Shown here one piece after another: positions 37,851 to 46,925 of a stretch of DNA of 64,000 bases (position 1 is the first letter of the stretch; each line of letters starts with the position of its first letter). The DNA is from Micromonosporaceae bacterium. GTDB taxonomy: Bacteria; Actinomycetota; Actinomycetes; Mycobacteriales; Micromonosporaceae. The notes under the pieces are model-generated. The model did no database searches, was not told where the DNA came from, and was given only the letters and a program-made list of their open reading frames with translations. Position numbers and translations under genes: made by a program. The DNA lies in assembly GCA_036506795.1 (NCBI GenBank), contig DASXRC010000021.1:17190-81189 (forward strand), read 5' to 3'.

Positions 37851-38285
37851 ATGCGTATCAACGACATACTGCGCGTCAAGGGAAGGGACGTCGTCACCGT
37901 TCCACCCGACACCGACATCCGGCGACTTCTCGCCGTGCTGGCCGAGCACCGGATCGGCGCGGTGGTGGTGTCGCGCGATGGTGTCTCCGTCGACGGCATA
38001 GCCAGCGAGCGCGACGTCGTCCGAGCACTGGCGGCGCGCGGGGACGCCGTGCTGTCCGCACCCGTCACGGAGATCTACACCGCCGAGGTGCACACCGTCG
38101 AGCCCGAGGCGGCCCTCGAGGATCTGATGCGGATCATGACGGATCGCCGGATCCGGCACCTACCGGTGGTGCGCGACGGCGCCCTGTGCGGCATCGTCAG
38201 CATCGGCGACATCGTCAAGAACCGGATCGATGAGCTGGAGACCGAGCGCACGGCGTTGACGCATTACATCGCGGGTGACCGCTGA
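37851..38285 (+). CDS. CBS domain pair protein
   Basis: ATG 37851 with GGGAGG RBS. Two CBS repeats (..IGAVVVSRDG..GIASERDV and ..IRHLPVVRDGALCGIVSIGDIV). Confidence 0.85.
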   Translation: MRINDILRVKGRDVVTVPPDTDIRRLLAVLAEHRIGAVVVSRDGVSVDGIASERDVVRALAARGDAVLSAPVTEIYTAEVHTVEPEAALEDLMRIMTDRRIRHLPVVRDGALCGIVSIGDIVKNRIDELETERTALTHYIAGDR

Positions 38286-38438
38286 GTCGTGCCGGGACTC
38301 GGCCACGCCACGCTGTGCCGACTTTGACGGCGCCACGCCGGTCGGCCTTGTCCCGGCGGACTGATTCCGCTACTCCTAGACGGTCAGCCGCATTGCCGGC
38401 GGATCCATCCCTCATGTTCGACCGTGGAGGCTGGCTGC

Positions 38439-38672
38439 ATGGATCAGCTGCTGCCCTGCCCGTGCTGTGGCTACCGCACAGGGTGCAGAACCTGTCCGGT
38501 CTGCTACTGGACCGACGACGGTCGAAGCGACCTCCGAACGGGTGTGCTGGACGCAGGTCCCAACGGTGAGCTCGGCCTCGGCGAGGCACGGCTCAACTTT
38601 GCGCTCTACGGAGCGAGCCGCCGGCGGTACGCGAGCCTCGTGCGGCCGCCGCGCGCCGACGAGCGACCGTAG
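38439..38672 (+). CDS. Cysteine-rich CPCC-family small protein
   Basis: ATG 38439 with GGAGG 8 nt upstream. Pattern LPCPCCGYRT...CPVCYWTDDG...GPNGELGLGEARLNF. Confidence 0.7.
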   Translation: MDQLLPCPCCGYRTGCRTCPVCYWTDDGRSDLRTGVLDAGPNGELGLGEARLNFALYGASRRRYASLVRPPRADERP

Positions 38673-38687
38673 CCCCGCCGAGACGGG

Positions 38688-39380
38688 TCAGGCGCCCGGC
38701 AGGTCGTCCGGGGTGTACGCGCCGCGGAAGAAGCCGCGGACCCGACGCTCGCCGATGCCGAGGTTGTGCTCGAACGTCGTCGGCCGGGTCGGGGAGCGGC
38801 TGTCGAAGCGAATGAAGATGTCGTCCTGGCGGCCACGGTTCGGGTCGTACACCCGCACGGTGACCGCGGTCCCGACCTTCTCGTAGGCGACGGCCAGTAC
38901 CTGATGGTTCAGCGCCAGGTCCCGCGGATCCCGCGACGCCACGGTTACCACACCGAGCGGCACCGGAGTGCCGCGGTCGAGGTCTCTCGAGACCTGCGGC
39001 CACTGGACCCTGATCGTGCGCCAGGCGAGACCGCGCTCGATGAGCACGCGACGGCGGAACATCGTGAAGCTGGCGTCCCCGTCGGGCAGGTTCATCCACT
39101 GGTAGTACTGGACGACTCCGGCCGGAACGTGCCAAGAGTCCACGAGGCGGCGCACCAGGAAGCCGTAGAGCGGTTCGCCCGCTTCCGGCCGCTCCACCGA
39201 TGCGACCTGGCCGGCCCGCCAGTAGTCGAGGGCCGCGAAGACCATGCCGCCACACAGGCCGGCGGCGGCGTCGCCCAGGTGGACCGGTCCGAACGGCGTG
39301 GACAGGGAGACCGCCGGCTGGCTAGGCCACGTGTTGGCGAACGCGAAGCCGTCGCGCGATGGCAGAAAGCTGTCCGGCAT
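38688..39380 (-). CDS. Hypothetical protein with papain-like Cys/His signature
   Basis: Strong GC3 bias. ATG 39380 has GGAGG 9 nt upstream; GTG 39389 abuts the RBS. Motifs AAGLCGGMVFAALDYW and NHQVLAVAYE...VRVYDPN. No family recognised. Confidence 0.6.
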   Translation of the reverse strand: MPDSFLPSRDGFAFANTWPSQPAVSLSTPFGPVHLGDAAAGLCGGMVFAALDYWRAGQVASVERPEAGEPLYGFLVRRLVDSWHVPAGVVQYYQWMNLPDGDASFTMFRRRVLIERGLAWRTIRVQWPQVSRDLDRGTPVPLGVVTVASRDPRDLALNHQVLAVAYEKVGTAVTVRVYDPNRGRQDDIFIRFDSRSPTRPTTFEHNLGIGERRVRGFFRGAYTPDDLPGA

Positions 39381-39477
39381 GGTCGTCACCCTCCGGCCAA
39401 CGGTAGGCCGGGTACCCGACGCGGCCAGTCGCCACAGCGACCGGGTCGGCTTTCCGACTGCGGTGCGCCGGCCGTGC

Positions 39478-40785
39478 TCAGTGCGGCAGCGCGTCCGCGA
39501 TCTCCGCGAGAGCGGCCTTGAGGACGTCGTAGCCGGCGTCCGTGATCTTGTGTTGGCGATGCAGTCTGACCACCCGGTCGGCGGTCACCTGCATCGTGTT
39601 CCACGCGGCGGTTGGCTGGTTGGCGGCCACCGAACGCGCGGCGTCGCCGAGCCGACGGTCGAGCTCCTGGGCGGACCGCGAGGTGAGCTCGCCGTCCTGG
39701 ACGAGCCCCGGGAGGCGGCTCCGGAGTGCCGCGATGAGTAGGGCGGCGCGGGGGGCCCGCGACGCCGACGCGGTGGGCGTCGGTGACGGTGACGGTGACG
39801 GCGACGCGTCCGGCGTGGCCGTCGGTTCGGTCACGGTTTCGATGATCGTCGGTGAGGCGGGCGCGGACGGCGCGGCCGCCGGACGACCGCGGTCACGCGA
39901 CACGAGAGCCACCGTCAGCAAGGTGACCAGCACGGCGACCGCCACGGCGGCTAGAATCGCGGGACGCCGCCAACGGCTCCATTCCGCCGCGGTCGCGGAG
40001 TGCCGCGGTCGACCGACGGCAACCGTCCGCGCGGGGGGCCACTCCGGGGCCTCCGTCAGGCGTCGCCCCGCCTCCTCCGCGCTGAGCGCCGGGCCGGACG
40101 GGTTGGCCGGATTGACGGCTAGCAGCTGGCCGACGAGGGCGGCCAGCTCGGGGGAGACATCGAGGCGCTGATCGCGCAGGGCCGGCACGGCGCCGTGGTG
40201 GTCGACGGGCGGCGGACCGCCGACGAGCATCGCGTACAGCAGCCAACCCACCGCGTACAGGTCGGTGCGCGGATCGTTCGGGGTGTCCGCGCGCAGGTGG
40301 GCGATGCCGAAGCCGCCCACCTTCACCACGCCGTCCGGACCGAGCAGGACGTCGTCGGGGCCGAGGTCACGATGGACCACGCCCGCGGCGTGCACCGCCG
40401 ACAGGGCAGCGCAGATCTGCGCTGCGATGTCGACGGCCCGGGTCGCCGGCAGCGGACCAGCCGCCAGAACCGCGGCCAACGACGGGCCGTCCACGAGCTC
40501 GAGCACCTGGTACGCGTGGCCACCTTCGAGTCCTGAGTCGTAGACCGCGACGGTGTTCGGGTGCGCCAGGCCCGCCACCGCGCGGGCCTCGGCGTCGAGT
40601 CGCCGCAGGGCGACCGGGTCGTCGAGCGCGGACGCCGAGAGCATCCGCACGGCGACCGGGTTGCCGAGATGCACGTCGCGCGCCGACCACACCTCCGACA
40701 CCGCGTCCCGGCCGAGCATTCGGTCGAGCTGGAAGCGGTTGCCCACGAGTGTCGGCACGACCGACATCCTGCCAGAGCCGTCCAC
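39478..40785 (-). CDS. Membrane-anchored Ser/Thr protein kinase homologue, predicted pseudokinase
   Basis: Hanks fold is recognisable (HPNTVAVYD, VVHRD). Core motifs are degenerate: G-loop LGRDAVSEV, VAVR for VAIK, HRDLGPDD for HRDLKPxN, GFG for DFG, and a short activation segment lacking APE. A TM helix (ILAAVAVAVLVTLLTVALV) and a helical C-domain follow. The start is GTG 40785 or ATG 40767. Confidence 0.8.
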   Translation of the reverse strand: MDGSGRMSVVPTLVGNRFQLDRMLGRDAVSEVWSARDVHLGNPVAVRMLSASALDDPVALRRLDAEARAVAGLAHPNTVAVYDSGLEGGHAYQVLELVDGPSLAAVLAAGPLPATRAVDIAAQICAALSAVHAAGVVHRDLGPDDVLLGPDGVVKVGGFGIAHLRADTPNDPRTDLYAVGWLLYAMLVGGPPPVDHHGAVPALRDQRLDVSPELAALVGQLLAVNPANPSGPALSAEEAGRRLTEAPEWPPARTVAVGRPRHSATAAEWSRWRRPAILAAVAVAVLVTLLTVALVSRDRGRPAAAPSAPASPTIIETVTEPTATPDASPSPSPSPTPTASASRAPRAALLIAALRSRLPGLVQDGELTSRSAQELDRRLGDAARSVAANQPTAAWNTMQVTADRVVRLHRQHKITDAGYDVLKAALAEIADALPH

Positions 40786-40947
40786 CGGTCAGCGTGCCAC
40801 TCGACCTCCGGGGATAACCCTGACCGCCATCGGGGTCCTGGCGCCCGAACTCTTCCGGGATGAGGGCGGGTCGTTCCCGGATGGCGCAGGGTCCCGCCGA
40901 CCCTAGCGTCGGTGGCATTCAGGAATCTCACAGGAGGGGAGCCCGAG

Positions 40948-43173
40948 ATGGGCAGGCGACCGATGACGGTACGGGTGGCGCGGTGGAGCGCCGAGCACCC
41001 GTGGCGTGCCATGGCGCTGTGGGTCGTGTTCGTGGCCGTCTGCTTCGTGGGGGGCACGATGGCCGGCCTCAACCAGGCCACCGACGCCGATCAGCGCATC
41101 GGCGAGGCTGGCCGCGCCGACGCCATCGCGTCGGCGGGCAACTTCGACAACGCCGCGGTCGAGAACGTGCTGATCACCGCTCGAGCCGGCGCGCTCGACC
41201 CCGCGGCCGCGCGCGCGGCCGCCACCGACGCGACGAACCGGCTGCGGGCCCTACCCGGCGTGGCGAAGGTCGCCGACCCGGTGTCGGCCCGGAACGGCAC
41301 GGCGCTGCTCGTGCCGATCACGATGACCGGAGATCCGGAAAAGGCCAGCGACCGCGTGCAGCCGTTGCTGGACGCCACAGCGGCGGTCCAGGCCGCGCAT
41401 CCCGAGCTGCGGGTCGAGGAGGTGGGGGGCCCGTCGATCGGTAAGGCACTTGACGACACGCTGGGCAAGGACTTCAAGCGCGCGGAGGTGCTGAGCCTGC
41501 CGGTGACGCTCGCCATTCTCGTGGTGGCGTTCGGTGCTCTCATCGCCGCCGGCGTACCGGTGCTGCTGGCGGTGTCGTCGGTGGCCGCCGCGATGGGCCT
41601 GTCCACTCTGGCCTCGCACCTGGTGCCGGCGACCGACGTGACGAGCAGCGTGATCCTGCTGATCGGCATGGCGGTCGGGGTTGACTACTCGCTGTTCTAC
41701 GTGCGGCGAGAACGCGAGGAGCGCGCGAAGGGGAGATCCGGGCTGGACGCGGTCGAGATCGCCGCGGAGACCTCGGGGCACGCCGTCGTCGTGTCCGGTC
41801 TCGCCGTGTCCATCGCGATGGCGGGCCTGTTCCTGGCCGGCGACATCGTGTTCTCCTCGCTCGCGGTGGGGTCGATCCTGGTGGTCGCGGTCGCCGTGAT
41901 CGGGTCGCTGACCGTGCTGCCCGCGCTGCTGGCGAAGCTCGGCCGGTGGGTGGACCGGCCGCGGGTGCCTCTGCTGTGGCGGCTGACCACGCGGCGTACC
42001 GGATCCGACGGCCGGCCTGCGCCGGCCCGGTTCTGGCCGGCGGTGTTGCGCCCCGCGTTGCGGTCGCCCCGGCTGACGCTCGTGATCTCCGTCGGGCTGC
42101 TGCTCGCGCTCGCCGCGCCCGCACTCGGCATGAAGCTGAAGTTCCCGGGCATGGAGGACCTGCCGCGAACCACGCCGGCCATGCAGGCGTACGACCGGCT
42201 GACCGCGGCGTTCCCGAGCACCGGCACCATTCACGAGGTCGCCGTGCGCGTGCCCGCGGGGGAGGCGGGCGCCGCGCGGGCGGCCCTGACCGACCTGGCC
42301 GACCGGGCGACGGCGAACCCGCTGTTCGCGCCGGCGGAGGTCGACGGTCCGGATATCGAGGTGTCGGCCGACGGACGGGTGGCGGTGCTCGACGTGGCCA
42401 CGCCCTACCCCAGCCGCACCGACGAGGCCCGCGAGTCGCTCCAGGTGCTGCGCACCGACCTGGTGCCGGCCACGGTCGGCACCCTGCCCGGGTTCGAGTA
42501 CGCCGTCGGTGGCGACGTCGCGGCGAGCCAGGACTACGCCGCGCATGTCTGGAGCAAGCTGCCCATTGTGGTGGGGTTCGTGCTGATCCTGACGTTCCTC
42601 GTGATGACGCTGACCTTCCGGTCGGTGGTGATCGCGTTGACATCGATCGCGTTGAACCTGCTATCGGCCGCCGCGGCGTACGGCCTCGTGGTCCTGGTCT
42701 TCCAGGGCAGCTGGGCGGAGGGGTTGCTCGGCTTCACCTCGATGGGCGCCATCGTGTCCTGGTTGCCGCTGTTCCTGTTCGTGGTCCTCTTTGGACTGTC
42801 GATGGACTACCACGTGTTCGTCGTGAGCCGGATCCGGGAGGCCGCGAGCCGGGGGGTGTCCACGCGGGACGCCGTGGCGCAGGGCATCACCTCGTCGGCC
42901 GGCGTGGTAAGCAGCGCGGCGATCGTGATGGTGGGCGTGTTCTCGATCTTCGCGACGCTGAGCACGGTGGACATGAAGCAGCTCGGGATCGGCCTCGCGG
43001 CGGCGATCCTGCTGGACGCTACGATCATCCGTGCGGTCGTGCTGCCATCGCTGATGACGATGCTCGGCCGGGCGAACTGGTGGGCATCGCGGTTCCTGCG
43101 GCCGCGGCCGGCCGCGCCAGCGGCGGAGGAGCGGCAGCCGGAACTGGCCGGTGCGGGCGCCCGGCAGGCATAA
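40948..43173 (+). CDS. MMPL family (RND superfamily) transporter
   Basis: ATG 40948 with AGGAGGGGA RBS. Motifs GMAVGVDYSLFYVRRERE and FGLSMDYHVFVVSRIRE. Paralogous to 34532..36673. Confidence 0.9.
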   Translation: MGRRPMTVRVARWSAEHPWRAMALWVVFVAVCFVGGTMAGLNQATDADQRIGEAGRADAIASAGNFDNAAVENVLITARAGALDPAAARAAATDATNRLRALPGVAKVADPVSARNGTALLVPITMTGDPEKASDRVQPLLDATAAVQAAHPELRVEEVGGPSIGKALDDTLGKDFKRAEVLSLPVTLAILVVAFGALIAAGVPVLLAVSSVAAAMGLSTLASHLVPATDVTSSVILLIGMAVGVDYSLFYVRREREERAKGRSGLDAVEIAAETSGHAVVVSGLAVSIAMAGLFLAGDIVFSSLAVGSILVVAVAVIGSLTVLPALLAKLGRWVDRPRVPLLWRLTTRRTGSDGRPAPARFWPAVLRPALRSPRLTLVISVGLLLALAAPALGMKLKFPGMEDLPRTTPAMQAYDRLTAAFPSTGTIHEVAVRVPAGEAGAARAALTDLADRATANPLFAPAEVDGPDIEVSADGRVAVLDVATPYPSRTDEARESLQVLRTDLVPATVGTLPGFEYAVGGDVAASQDYAAHVWSKLPIVVGFVLILTFLVMTLTFRSVVIALTSIALNLLSAAAAYGLVVLVFQGSWAEGLLGFTSMGAIVSWLPLFLFVVLFGLSMDYHVFVVSRIREAASRGVSTRDAVAQGITSSAGVVSSAAIVMVGVFSIFATLSTVDMKQLGIGLAAAILLDATIIRAVVLPSLMTMLGRANWWASRFLRPRPAAPAAEERQPELAGAGARQA

Positions 43174-43202
43174 CTGGGGGCGCACGGGGGAACTGACGGG
43201 CC

Positions 43203-43553
43203 ATGGCGACGTACTCGGTGAACGAGGCGGCCGTGGCCCGCGCCCGGCGGCTCATCGACGCCCGACAGTACGCGTTGAACAGCGACTGGGGTGAGGTCCA
43301 GCCCGGTGCGAAGGCCCAGAACGCGTTCCTGCGGTCGCACTCCTGGGAGGAGTACGCCGAGTGGCACCTCGGGCTGACCGAGGGTGCGGCGGATGAGACG
43401 AAGGCCAGGTACGCGTTCGTCTACGGCGACTTCCGGCGGATTCACCGCACCGGCCTGATCGCGTGCGTGTACCGGGCGGCGGAGTGGCGGCACAAGGCCA
43501 TCGAGCTTGCCGCGTTCGACCTCCTGCAGCACCTCGACAGGACGAGCGGCTAG
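43203..43553 (+). CDS. Hypothetical protein (116 aa)
   Basis: ATG with a GGGGGA RBS and coding-like GC3 bias. No family recognised. Confidence 0.55.
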   Translation: MATYSVNEAAVARARRLIDARQYALNSDWGEVQPGAKAQNAFLRSHSWEEYAEWHLGLTEGAADETKARYAFVYGDFRRIHRTGLIACVYRAAEWRHKAIELAAFDLLQHLDRTSG

Positions 43554-43569
43554 CCCGGCGGTGGCCGGT

Positions 43570-44340
43570 TCACCGGGCGGTCCACCCGCCGTCGATCAGA
43601 ATCGTTTCGCCCGTGATGAGAGACGCGGCGGGCGAGACAAGGAACACAACCACACCGGCGACCTCCATCGGTTCCCCGGTGCGGTGGAGCGCGGCGATGC
43701 GCTCGAGGATGTCCGCGCGCATCGCGGGGTCGGCCAGCGCGGCCGCGGTGCCGGGCGTCTCGATGAACGTCGGCGCCACGCCGTTGACGGTGATCCCATA
43801 CTGTCCCCACTCGACCGCGAGGCACTTGGTCAGGTGGGCGATGGCGGCCTTCGTCATGCAGTACACCGACTCGCCGGGAAGCGCCACGAAGCCGGCCTGT
43901 GAGCTAAGGTTCACGATCCGGCCGTACTCCTGCTTGATCATTACGCGGCCGGCGGCCTGGCTGGCGAAGAACGTGCCCTTGAGGTTCACCTCGACCGTGA
44001 GATCGAAATCCTCCTCGCGGACCTGCTCCGCCGGATTCTCCGGGCCCAGGCCGGCGTTGTTGACCAGGATGTCGAGCCGGCCGAGCTGCGCGACGGTCTC
44101 GTCGACCGCCGCGAACACCTCTGCGGTGCGCCGCACGTCCATCTGCACCGGGAGCGCGCGGCGGCCCAGCGCCTCCACCTCGCCGACCAGATCGGTGCCC
44201 GCGCCCGCATCCCGCAGCCCGAGCGCCACGTCGGCGCCGGCGCGGGCGAGCGCGAGCGCGACGGCCTGACCGATGCCGCGCGCCGCGCCCGTGACCAGTG
44301 CGACTCGGCCCTCCACGTCGAACCGAGGGAAGGTGTCCAT
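43570..44340 (-). CDS. SDR family oxidoreductase (KduD / gluconate-5-dehydrogenase-like)
   Basis: ATG 44340 with GGAGG RBS. Motifs TGAARGIG, NNAG and YCMTKAAIAHLTK. Confidence 0.88.
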   Translation of the reverse strand: MDTFPRFDVEGRVALVTGAARGIGQAVALALARAGADVALGLRDAGAGTDLVGEVEALGRRALPVQMDVRRTAEVFAAVDETVAQLGRLDILVNNAGLGPENPAEQVREEDFDLTVEVNLKGTFFASQAAGRVMIKQEYGRIVNLSSQAGFVALPGESVYCMTKAAIAHLTKCLAVEWGQYGITVNGVAPTFIETPGTAAALADPAMRADILERIAALHRTGEPMEVAGVVVFLVSPAASLITGETILIDGGWTAR

Positions 44341-44348
44341 GGTGCCTC

Positions 44349-45524
44349 CTATCCGCCGTTGGGGAAGCCGAGGTTCTGTATCAACTCCGTGCGGGCGGCA
44401 TCGAGAGCGACCTTCAGGGCACCGGTCAGCGACGCCGCCTCGCCGAGCGCGCTGGTCTCGATGCGGGGCGGGAAGGGGACGTGAGTGTCGACGATCCCCC
44501 GGACGGTGGGCAGCAGCATCGCGTTGCTGCCGACGCCGCCGCCGATCACCACCAGCTCGGGGTCGAAGACCGCGCACGCGCTGGCCACGGTGAGGCCGAG
44601 CTGGCGAGCCTCGGCCTCGACGAGCTCTATGGCCGGCGGTACGCCGGCGGCGGCCAACGAGAACAGCTCCTCCACCGTCGTGGGCCGGGCACCCGGCCAG
44701 TTCCGGTGGGCCTTGACGGAGGCCAGGATGCCGTACCCTCCCGCCTCGGCGGCGAGGGGCTCCTTGCCGTGCCCGCCTCGCTGCGCGGACGGGACCGAGC
44801 CGGGTAGGGGCAGGTAGGCCACCTCGCCGGCGGCGCCGTGTGCCCCGCGCACGAGTTGCCCGTCGTGTACGAGGCCCATGCCGATACCGGCGCCGACCGC
44901 CAGGAACGCGAACGTGCGGGCCGACCGGGCGTGGCCGCGCCAGTGCTCGCCCAGCGCCGCGAGGTTGACGTTGTTGTCCAGCACGATCGGTGCGTCGATG
45001 CGCGACTCCAGCGGGGTGAGCAGATCGAACGGGCCGTCCTCGCCGAGGTTGTGGCCGATGGACATGGTCCGGCCGTCCGCGTGGATTACGCCGGGCGCCG
45101 AGACGCCGACCCGGCGGAGCGGACCGAGCCGTCCGTCGACCGTGCGCATGGCCGTGCCGACCATGCGGGCCGCCTGCGCCGCGATGGCCCGCGCACCGGT
45201 GCCCCGCGTCGCCTGCCGCTGCTCGAACTGGACCGTTCCGCCCATGTCGGCAGCCGCGACCCGCACGTTATCGCCGCCGATGTCCACCGCGACCAGGTAG
45301 CCGACCGTGGGGGCGAGACGGTAGTACGTCGGCGTGCGACCGGGCCGGCCCCGCCGTACGCCGGCGTCGACGATCAGCTCGTTGTCGACGAGCCGGCGGA
45401 TCGCCTCGGAGATCGTCGGGCGGGACAGTTGGGTCCGCTCCGCCAGCTCGGGACGGGTCATCGGCACGCTGTCGAGCAACGCGGTGAGCACGCTGCGTTC
45501 GGACGTGTCGACCGGGACGGACAT
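44349..45524 (-). CDS. ROK family transcriptional regulator
   Basis: ATG 45524 with AAGGAG RBS. N-terminal wHTH MTRPELAERTQLSRPTISEAIRRL. ROK sugar-binding body DIGGDNVR..GxGxG. Divergent from the ABC operon. Confidence 0.88.
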   Translation of the reverse strand: MSVPVDTSERSVLTALLDSVPMTRPELAERTQLSRPTISEAIRRLVDNELIVDAGVRRGRPGRTPTYYRLAPTVGYLVAVDIGGDNVRVAAADMGGTVQFEQRQATRGTGARAIAAQAARMVGTAMRTVDGRLGPLRRVGVSAPGVIHADGRTMSIGHNLGEDGPFDLLTPLESRIDAPIVLDNNVNLAALGEHWRGHARSARTFAFLAVGAGIGMGLVHDGQLVRGAHGAAGEVAYLPLPGSVPSAQRGGHGKEPLAAEAGGYGILASVKAHRNWPGARPTTVEELFSLAAAGVPPAIELVEAEARQLGLTVASACAVFDPELVVIGGGVGSNAMLLPTVRGIVDTHVPFPPRIETSALGEAASLTGALKVALDAARTELIQNLGFPNGG

Positions 45525-45581
45525 CTTATCGCTCCTTCGCCAACGCGACCTTGACCCAGGACCGCGGACCGAGTACAAGTT

Positions 45582-45592
45582 TGTTAAGCAGC
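45582..45592. promoter_or_regulatory. Candidate operator core TGTTAAGCAGC in the ROK/ABC divergent promoter region
   Basis: The 11-mer sits in a locally AT-rich stretch. The same 11-mer recurs on the opposite strand at 54317-54327, upstream of the GH20/GH2 genes. Confidence 0.4.
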
Positions 45593-45620
45593 CTAATTAA
45601 AAGTTGCCCGGGAGGCGACC

Positions 45621-46925
45621 ATGTCAGAGCAGATCGGCGGGCTGTCCAGACGAAACCTCCTTCGGCTATCGGCAATCGCTGGTGCCGGCGTGGCGCTGGG
45701 CGCATGCGATGTGGGTGGAAAAGAGGAGAGCGGTGGCGGGGGAGGGAGCGGCGAAGGCAAGATCACCGCTCTGTTCATGAAGCAGGCGGGGTACTCCGAA
45801 GACGACATCCGCAAGATGACCACGGACTTCCAGACGGCCAATCCCAAGATCACTGTCGAGCCGACGTTCGTGGCGTACGAGGCGCTGCACGACAAGATCG
45901 TGGCCGCTGCACCGGCCGGGACCTTCGATGTCGTGCTCATCGACGTCATCTGGCCGGCGGAGTTCGGCACCAAACGCATCGTCAGCGATGTCACCGACCA
46001 GTTCCCGGCGTCCTGGAAGTCGGACATGCTGGGCGGTGCCCTGGCGACCGCGGTCTACCATGACCGCTACTACGGCGTGCCGTGGATCCTCGACACCAAG
46101 TACTTCTTCCACAACACCGACATGCTCACGAAGGCCGGCGTCGACCCCGCGTCACTGTCCACATGGGACGGCGTCATGGCCGCCGCCCGCCAGCTGAAGG
46201 CCAAGAAGGTCGTCGAGTTCCCGCTGGTCTGGAGCTGGAAGCAGGCGGAGGCGCTCATCTGCGACTACACCCAACTGCTCGGGGCGTTCGGCGGCAAGTT
46301 CCTCTCCGACGACGGCAAGCAGGTCCTGTTCAACACCGGCGGCGGCGTGCAGGCCCTGGAGTTCATGAAGCACTCGATCGACGACAAGCTCACCAACCCC
46401 AACTCGGTCGAGTCGCTCGAGGAAGACGTCCGGAAGATCTTCTCCGACGGCCAGGCCGCGATGGCGCTGAACTGGACGTACATGTTCAACGCCGCCAACG
46501 ATCCGGCGCAGTCCAAGATCGCCGGCAAGGTGGCCGTGGGACAGACGCCTGCCGGTCCGAGCGGCGCGCCCGGATGCAACGGCTCCATGGCGCTGTCGGT
46601 CACGTCCGGCAGCAAGAACCAGAAGGCCGCCTGGACGTACGTCAGCTACATGACCAGCGCCGACGTGCAGAACAAGTTCGCCAAGAGCTCCTTGCCGTGC
46701 TGGACCAAGTCGTACGACGACCAGCAGGTGATTTCGAGCCTGCCGCAGGTCGTCGCCGTCGCCAAGAAGGCACTCGGCGAAATGATCGTCCGGCCGCAGG
46801 TCCCCCGGTACAACGAGATCAGCCAGATCCTCCAGGCCGAGCTGCAGAACGCCCTGCTCGGCAAGAAGCAGCCCAAGAAGGCCCTGGACGACGCGGCCGG
46901 ACAGGCCACCGGTCTGTTGGCGTGA
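45621..46925 (+). CDS. Sugar ABC transporter substrate-binding lipoprotein (family 1 SBP)
   Basis: Tat-like SRRNLLRLSAIAGAGVALGAC signal with a lipobox Cys. GGGAGG RBS. SBP_bac_1-like body. Confidence 0.9.
   Translation: MSEQIGGLSRRNLLRLSAIAGAGVALGACDVGGKEESGGGGGSGEGKITALFMKQAGYSEDDIRKMTTDFQTANPKITVEPTFVAYEALHDKIVAAAPAGTFDVVLIDVIWPAEFGTKRIVSDVTDQFPASWKSDMLGGALATAVYHDRYYGVPWILDTKYFFHNTDMLTKAGVDPASLSTWDGVMAAARQLKAKKVVEFPLVWSWKQAEALICDYTQLLGAFGGKFLSDDGKQVLFNTGGGVQALEFMKHSIDDKLTNPNSVESLEEDVRKIFSDGQAAMALNWTYMFNAANDPAQSKIAGKVAVGQTPAGPSGAPGCNGSMALSVTSGSKNQKAAWTYVSYMTSADVQNKFAKSSLPCWTKSYDDQQVISSLPQVVAVAKKALGEMIVRPQVPRYNEISQILQAELQNALLGKKQPKKALDDAAGQATGLLA

Noticed and set aside
39782-39805. GGTGAC x3 + GGCGAC micro-repeat
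   Set aside because: It is explained by coding sequence: it encodes the SPSPSPSP low-complexity linker of the pseudokinase on the minus strand. It is not an independent element.
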